DNA from: Spirochaetia bacterium
GTDB lineage: Bacteria; Spirochaetota; Spirochaetia; CADAEX01
Direction: 5' to 3'
Assembly: GCA_963662795.1 (NCBI GenBank)
Contig: OY759746.1
Location: 2,880,001 to 2,944,000, forward strand
Length of the DNA: 64,000 nt
Part shown: positions 58,351 to 64,000 of the stretch, in pieces
Numbering within the stretch: position 1 is the stretch's first letter
Layout: each line of letters begins with the position of its first letter
Position numbers and translations under genes: made by a program
The notes under the pieces: generated by a model
Databases searched by the model: none
The model's input: only the letters and a program-made list of their open reading frames with translations
What the model was told of the DNA's origin: nothing

Positions 58351-58359
58351 TATGTTAGA

Positions 58360-61300
58360 TTGTATAATAAAGGTTGGGCTGCGGCTTTAAAAATGTTTAT
58401 AGACCAGAAAAAGTTGTTATTTTTTATCCTCTTTGCAGCTTTTCTTTTGGCCGGAGCATATTCCGGAGGAAAGAAGGAAGATGTATTGCCTGCAGCAAAA
58501 CAGCTTGTAGTGGAAAAAAAATACAGCGAAGCTGTCAAATTACTCGCAGAAGTTGTAAAAAATCAGCCTGAGCGCCTTGATGAAGTTGAATCGCTTATGG
58601 CTGTAATCAGAAGCGCAAGAAATCAGTACAATATTAACTACTCAAACCTTATTCAGCTGCTGAAAAAGGAGAACCTGACAGACCAGGATATTGCCGAAGC
58701 ATATAATCTGATAAATGAAATGGAGAAGATTGATGCAGCTCCTGACCAGGCTATAGTCAAGTCGTTTGAACAGGCAAGAAGAACGATTGTATTCCGGTAT
58801 AATGACCTGCAGTTCAGGGATATTATGGACAGGGCACTGGTCCTTCTTGATGAAAAAAAATACTGGGAAGCTCTTGCCCTTTACAGTTCTGCGGTCGGGC
58901 TTCACCGGGATTTCTTTGTGGAAGATTACACCGAAGAAGAGACAATTGCAGAAGCTGATGCCATGATTTCATCAATAAAAAACCTGATAAAGATACAGAT
59001 TGACAGAAAAAATGAATTTAATCTTGCAGTCATGAAAGCAGAGACGGAATCATCAAGAACTGATACCGGTACTCTCCGTCCCGGCGAATACAGTGATTTG
59101 ATAAGCATAATCGAAAGGATGGCTTTTATCAGGGAAGAGGCATCATCCGCAGCCATTGCTCTTGATCTAAAAAAGAACGAATTGCTGAAGGAAGGGGACT
59201 ACGATGTGCCTTATCTTTCAACCGTAAACAGGGTAATTACAGGAAGAAAAACGGTTGAAAAGGGTGAAGGAGTACTTGCTGCCATTGATTTTATCTGGAG
59301 CAATGCTGTAGATGAAAACTCCCTGCTGCTTTCATCTGCCGCAGATGATTTTTATAATAAGGGTGAGGCAGAATTTAAATCAGGCGCATATACAGAAGCG
59401 GAAAAGAGTTTATTCCTTGCCAGAGACAGAAGGCAAAACGAATATACCCTGATTGGCCTTAAAGGTTACAGCATAACCCCAGCAAATGGCCTTGAATTAT
59501 CTGAAAATGATGTCAGAAAAATATATAATTATATGCCTCAATATCTTGAATCGGAAAAGATGATGAAAGCGGGGGGGGATTATGCAACCCTTTCCCAGAT
59601 AATGCAGAGAATATCAGTAATCGAAAAAAACTATCCTGAAGAAAAAGAGTTTTCTAAACTGCTTACTTTCAGGGAACAGATAAAGGCTGACAATACAATT
59701 ATCTCCATAAACCGGAAGGCCTGGGAGGAAAATGAAGCTTCACTTTTAAAACTTGAAAGTAATTCATTTAAAGTGGCAGGACTGCTTGACCTTTCAATAC
59801 AGATGAAAGAACTGTTCGGGAATTACATGCAGAAATTTAATGATCTTGCAATTTCCGTAACAAGAACAGGTTTTGATCTGGTTTATAAACCGCTTTCGTC
59901 CGATCTGGAAACAGAAAAAGATAACGCGGGAAAAGGATTTGAAATGGTTGATGGTTCTGTTAAAACCATAGGAATCGGCGATACAGCCTACACCGCAAAT
60001 ATTAAGTATCCCGGGCAGGCGGTAGTCATTTTCAGGGATACGCTTGGAAATATCGCTGTTACTGAGGGAGAATTCAGGAATCTCAAGGCACTGATTACAG
60101 ATTTGGGAAGCAGCACCGTTTCCCATCCAATAATCGCGGAAAGCAGGAGCAATACGGATAATGCGTTATCGGAAATAGATTTGCTGAAGGGAAAGATTAA
60201 ACAGTATCAGCTAAGCGCTGAAGAACTGCTTACCCAGGCTGAAATATACAGGAACCAGGGCAACAGATATCTCGCAGAATCGAAGCTCAATCTTGACAGG
60301 CTTAATTTTAATCTTGCCAGGGAAAAACTGCAGCTTGCAAGGGAAGGCTATCTTAATTCACTTACCTATAATGAAGATCCCCAGCTGCGCAGTAATTCGG
60401 ACAGGGAAATTGCCGCAATTTCGGAACAAATAGTTCGTCTTCAGACAAGAGTGGTTGTCGAAACAGTAAGAAAAAACCTTGTTCTTGCAAGGGATTACTA
60501 TGCCAGGGAAAGATTCGGTGATGCTGAAAACCTGCTTATTAACTCCCAGACTATGTGGAGAACTGTAAATACAGAGGATAATCAGGAAATTGAATACTGG
60601 CTTAATCTTATCCAGACCGCCCTTTCTGTAAGATCCGGGAGATTTATCGCAGAAACAGACCCTCTGTATAATGAAATGACCCAGGTTCTGAATTTAGCGC
60701 GAAGTGATTACGCGAAAGCAGTCGCTGCAGATAAGGCCGGAAACAAGGCGGAAATGCTTAAGTCACTGGCATCTGCTGAAGAGAAACTGCGTTATGTAAA
60801 CATTCCTTTCCCCTTAAATCAGGAAGCAAGCGTTCTTTCCCTTAAAATCCTCAATCTGAAAGATAAGGAAAATTTCAATATCCTGTTTAAGGAGAAATAC
60901 GACCTCGCAGTACAAAGGATAGATGTTAATCCTTCTGAATCATATATAATGTTAAAAGACCTTCAGGTTATAAATCCTTCCTGGCCCGGAATTAATCAGA
61001 CAATATACAGAACAGAAATAAAACTGGGCATCAGAACTCCTCCTCCTGACCCTGCAAAAATCAGGGAAGCGGAAACCCTTTACCAGAGAGCATACGCAAT
61101 TGTCTTAAGCAATGTAAGAAGCAATTACCCGACTGCGCTCGAATATCTTAACAGGGCTTTCGAGATGAATCCTGACAGTACAAAAATTACGACCCTCAAG
61201 GACAGGGTCCAGTCTGAAATGGGCGGATCGACTCTTGTGGTTCTTTCCAGTTACGCACAGCAGCAGTACAGGCTGGCGGAGCAGGAATTTATAAATGGAA

Positions 61301-61407
61301 ATTACTATGCATCTCTTGCAATAGTTGAAAAACTGCTGCAGGATAAGAAAAATAAAAACTATTCACCCCTTGTCGAACTGAAGAGGAGGATTGACTCCAA
61401 AATATGA
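58360..61407 (+). CDS. Large exported helical/TPR protein
   Basis: 1015 aa, signal-like N-terminus (ATG at 58393 possible), dispersed TPR-like helices. Confidence 0.75.
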   Translation: MYNKGWAAALKMFIDQKKLLFFILFAAFLLAGAYSGGKKEDVLPAAKQLVVEKKYSEAVKLLAEVVKNQPERLDEVESLMAVIRSARNQYNINYSNLIQLLKKENLTDQDIAEAYNLINEMEKIDAAPDQAIVKSFEQARRTIVFRYNDLQFRDIMDRALVLLDEKKYWEALALYSSAVGLHRDFFVEDYTEEETIAEADAMISSIKNLIKIQIDRKNEFNLAVMKAETESSRTDTGTLRPGEYSDLISIIERMAFIREEASSAAIALDLKKNELLKEGDYDVPYLSTVNRVITGRKTVEKGEGVLAAIDFIWSNAVDENSLLLSSAADDFYNKGEAEFKSGAYTEAEKSLFLARDRRQNEYTLIGLKGYSITPANGLELSENDVRKIYNYMPQYLESEKMMKAGGDYATLSQIMQRISVIEKNYPEEKEFSKLLTFREQIKADNTIISINRKAWEENEASLLKLESNSFKVAGLLDLSIQMKELFGNYMQKFNDLAISVTRTGFDLVYKPLSSDLETEKDNAGKGFEMVDGSVKTIGIGDTAYTANIKYPGQAVVIFRDTLGNIAVTEGEFRNLKALITDLGSSTVSHPIIAESRSNTDNALSEIDLLKGKIKQYQLSAEELLTQAEIYRNQGNRYLAESKLNLDRLNFNLAREKLQLAREGYLNSLTYNEDPQLRSNSDREIAAISEQIVRLQTRVVVETVRKNLVLARDYYARERFGDAENLLINSQTMWRTVNTEDNQEIEYWLNLIQTALSVRSGRFIAETDPLYNEMTQVLNLARSDYAKAVAADKAGNKAEMLKSLASAEEKLRYVNIPFPLNQEASVLSLKILNLKDKENFNILFKEKYDLAVQRIDVNPSESYIMLKDLQVINPSWPGINQTIYRTEIKLGIRTPPPDPAKIREAETLYQRAYAIVLSNVRSNYPTALEYLNRAFEMNPDSTKITTLKDRVQSEMGGSTLVVLSSYAQQQYRLAEQEFINGNYYASLAIVEKLLQDKKNKNYSPLVELKRRIDSKI

Positions 61408-64000
61408 TTCCCGTCAAAAAATACTCATCAGTTGCGCTGTTCGCATCAGTACTTCTCTTTCTCCTTATTCCTTTATGTGTATCAGCGGTAGATATATACT
61501 GGGAAAACAGCGAAGTGCTGGTACCCGAGAACGGAAGATTTCACAGTGCAGCGTTCGGGGGAGGCAACACTGTAGTAATCTGGCATGAGTTTATCAAGCA
61601 GGGCCCTGAAAACGGGATAGTATATATTTCCCTTGCCTCATCGAAAAACGGGAAGGAATGGCTCCGCAATGAAAGGTTTGCCGGCCCTTTTAATTATAAC
61701 GGTGACGAAGTACCTGTTTGCTCACTTACCGTAAAAAATAACGGCGACATATATGTTTCTGTTTCTGCTGATGAAAATACAGTCAAGATTTATTCATCCG
61801 GCGACAATGGAAAAACCTTTAATGAGATTACCAGAAAAACATCATTCACAATGACTGTAGGGCCTCGTCTTTTTATAAAAGAGGACGGCACCTTTATAAT
61901 GTTTGTCACAAAGGAATCCGGCAATAATTTATCAATATTTTATGCACGGTCTGATACAGGAGAAACCTGGAGCGATTTTAGTCAGCTTGTACCCGAGCCG
62001 GGTCTTGAACTTAATTTTCTTCCCCAGTTTGTCTCAAAAGGGGGAGTTGAATATGTTGTATTCCAGTCTTTCCTTGTCCAGCGACGCTCTACATATCAGC
62101 TCTATCTTAAAAAAAGTACAGACGGGGGAAACTCCTGGAGTGAAGCAAAGAGGATTACGGATTTTGATGAGAGGATAAACGGAAGAACCGTAGAATCAGC
62201 CGATTTTGACAACCAGAGGCCGGATTTTAAAATTGATGACAGTACAATCCATCTTGCCTGGGAAAGAAGAAATATCAGCGAGGCAAATCCGCAGATTTAC
62301 TATGTTAAGCTTGATCTTGACGGAAATCCGAAAGAAGACCCTGAAAAGGTTTCAGCTGACGGTCGGACCTGTAATTACCCCAAAATTGCCAAATACAAGG
62401 GAAATATCTTTATCACATGGTTTGACAACAGGATGGGAGATTATCATGTGATTATTTCTGATTTTAACGGTATCCTCTGGCGGGACAAGGATATTTCACT
62501 GATGGAAGGGGATTCCATATTCAGCCAGCCTGTAGAAGCATACGGGTCTCTGTATATTTTATGGGAGAACATAAGAAATAATAAATCCCGGATTGTTATG
62601 CTTTCCCCGGATACAAGCGTTGAAAGTCCTGTTATAACTCCGCTGAATTTTCTGTCTTCAAGGAAATCTTCAGGAGACACGTACAGTTTCAGCTGGAACC
62701 TGCCGAATGACGCATCAGGTATTGCCGGTTTCAGTTATTCGGCAGGAAGAAGCAGATTCGGATCCCCGCCCAGAAAAATTACAAATACCTCAAGACAGCT
62801 TAAGGGGGATGTTGATATTGAAGAAGACGGACAGTGGTATATATATCTTGCGGCATCGGATTATGCCGGCAACTGGTCTGAAACTTCTGTAATTCCGGTT
62901 TACAGGGATACTGTTCCCCCGGGGCCTGTCTCTTTTGAGAAAATGGAAAAGGATGAGACAGGGTTTGTAAAATCCAATACTTTCAGGATCATGTGGCAGC
63001 CCCCTGCCGGCGAACCTGTCGAAGGCTTTGTTTATAACCTTCAGCTTATTGATGAAAATTACAGAAGAGATACAGAAGAGAGCGTTCTTCTTAAAAGGGT
63101 GAAGCCGCCTGAGAAAGAGAACAGAAATCCCTATCCGTATCTTGCCTACAGCAATCTTGATAATGGAATATGGGGTGTCTCGGTTTCCGCTGTTGATGAA
63201 GCCGGCAATATAAGCAAACCTTCCGCCAAATTATTTAAACTGAATAAGTATATACCGGTAACAATTATTTCTTCCATAGACCCTGTTGTGGACCAGCTGA
63301 ACAGGATTACCATCAGCATTAAAGGAAGAGGGTTTACCGCAGGGGGAAGTATAAGGACAATCCACCTTGACAGAGACGGGAAGGAACCGTGGGATTACAG
63401 TTTTTATCTCGCGGATAATTCCTATAAAATTGTCAACGATAGAACAATAACAGATTTTACTGTATCAGACATACTTGAAGGTGTTTACAGCATAGCGCTT
63501 GATCATCCGCGCAGGGGCCTTTATATAACAAAACCGGTTATAAAACTTGAACCTTCAGGTACGGTAAAGCTTGGATATTTCGTCAGCGGAAGGGAACCTG
63601 TCTGGAAGCCTGTAAGAAAAAAACTTTTTACATTCAACGCCGGTCTCGCCGGTATCTATCTTGTTCTGATAATATGCGCTCTTGCAGTTGCGGTTTCAGC
63701 TTACAGGCTGAGAGCGGTATGGACAGAAGGTCAGATGCTGAGAAAAGATATTGACGCTATTATGAAAGGGATACCTCTTTCCTACAGGGAAAGAAAAGAG
63801 AGGATTACTGTTATGAAAAGAAAAGGGATGGGGCTAAGGCTTAAGTTTACCCTGTTTGTAATATTTATAGTACTCGCTGTTGTAATAATGGTGGCGCTTC
63901 CTCTCGGAAGATTCATGCTTGAAACGCAAAGAAAAAATCTTGTTACTGCGCTGCGGCAGCAGTCGGAAGTATTACTTGAAAGTCTCACCTCCGGAGCAAG
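61404..64000 (+). CDS. Large membrane sensor-like protein: BNR/Asp-box propeller, FN3-like domains and transmembrane helices (partial, runs off window end)
   Basis: Not in ORF track (no stop in window). ATGA overlap at 61404; signal peptide; Asp-boxes SSKNGKEW, SSGDNGKTF, RSDTGETW, KSTDGGNSW; FN3-like DYAGNWS and VDEAGNIS; transmembrane segments near 63640-63700 and 63850-63905. Frame spot-checked, not read codon by codon. Confidence 0.85.
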   Translation, partial: MIPVKKYSSVALFASVLLFLLIPLCVSAVDIYWENSEVLVPENGRFHSAAFGGGNTVVIWHEFIKQGPENGIVYISLASSKNGKEWLRNERFAGPFNYNGDEVPVCSLTVKNNGDIYVSVSADENTVKIYSSGDNGKTFNEITRKTSFTMTVGPRLFIKEDGTFIMFVTKESGNNLSIFYARSDTGETWSDFSQLVPEPGLELNFLPQFVSKGGVEYVVFQSFLVQRRSTYQLYLKKSTDGGNSWSEAKRITDFDERINGRTVESADFDNQRPDFKIDDSTIHLAWERRNISEANPQIYYVKLDLDGNPKEDPEKVSADGRTCNYPKIAKYKGNIFITWFDNRMGDYHVIISDFNGILWRDKDISLMEGDSIFSQPVEAYGSLYILWENIRNNKSRIVMLSPDTSVESPVITPLNFLSSRKSSGDTYSFSWNLPNDASGIAGFSYSAGRSRFGSPPRKITNTSRQLKGDVDIEEDGQWYIYLAASDYAGNWSETSVIPVYRDTVPPGPVSFEKMEKDETGFVKSNTFRIMWQPPAGEPVEGFVYNLQLIDENYRRDTEESVLLKRVKPPEKENRNPYPYLAYSNLDNGIWGVSVSAVDEAGNISKPSAKLFKLNKYIPVTIISSIDPVVDQLNRITISIKGRGFTAGGSIRTIHLDRDGKEPWDYSFYLADNSYKIVNDRTITDFTVSDILEGVYSIALDHPRRGLYITKPVIKLEPSGTVKLGYFVSGREPVWKPVRKKLFTFNAGLAGIYLVLIICALAVAVSAYRLRAVWTEGQMLRKDIDAIMKGIPLSYRERKERITVMKRKGMGLRLKFTLFVIFIVLAVVIMVALPLGRFMLETQRKNLVTALRQQSEVLLESLTSGA

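Overview
AT-rich chromosomal window from a spirochaete (Spirochaetales-like), judged from periplasmic-flagellum genes (flaB, two flaA), a PlzA-type PilZ protein, the infC-rpmI-rplT-zapB-zapA-6S RNA block, and DUF5312/UPF0164-type genes. Most content is housekeeping and envelope: fba, eno, glmS, ssb, hom, pyrC, folE, folD, fhs, a trpE-GD-CF-B-A operon and perR-peroxiredoxin. The most striking element is an archaeal-type coenzyme A route in a bacterium. Pantoate kinase (GHMP fold), phosphopantothenate synthetase (COG1701-like) and an archaeal-style CoaBC sit in one operon with panB and folD, divergent from panE-folE. Other points: a degenerate ParB-like gene overlapping a spore-photoproduct-lyase-like radical SAM gene that lacks the SPL relay residues; a tandem 18-bp palindromic operator at the trp promoter with a TrpR-family gene nearby; face-to-face sigma28-like promoters and a CsrA-type hairpin ahead of flaB; many apparently leaderless genes; two decayed loci (vapBC, REC-PP2C); and a FadL-like/TPR/BNR-FN3 membrane-sensor cluster truncated by the window end. 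No rRNA, tRNA, CRISPR array or intact mobile element was seen. All family assignments come from motif recognition by eye, not database searches.
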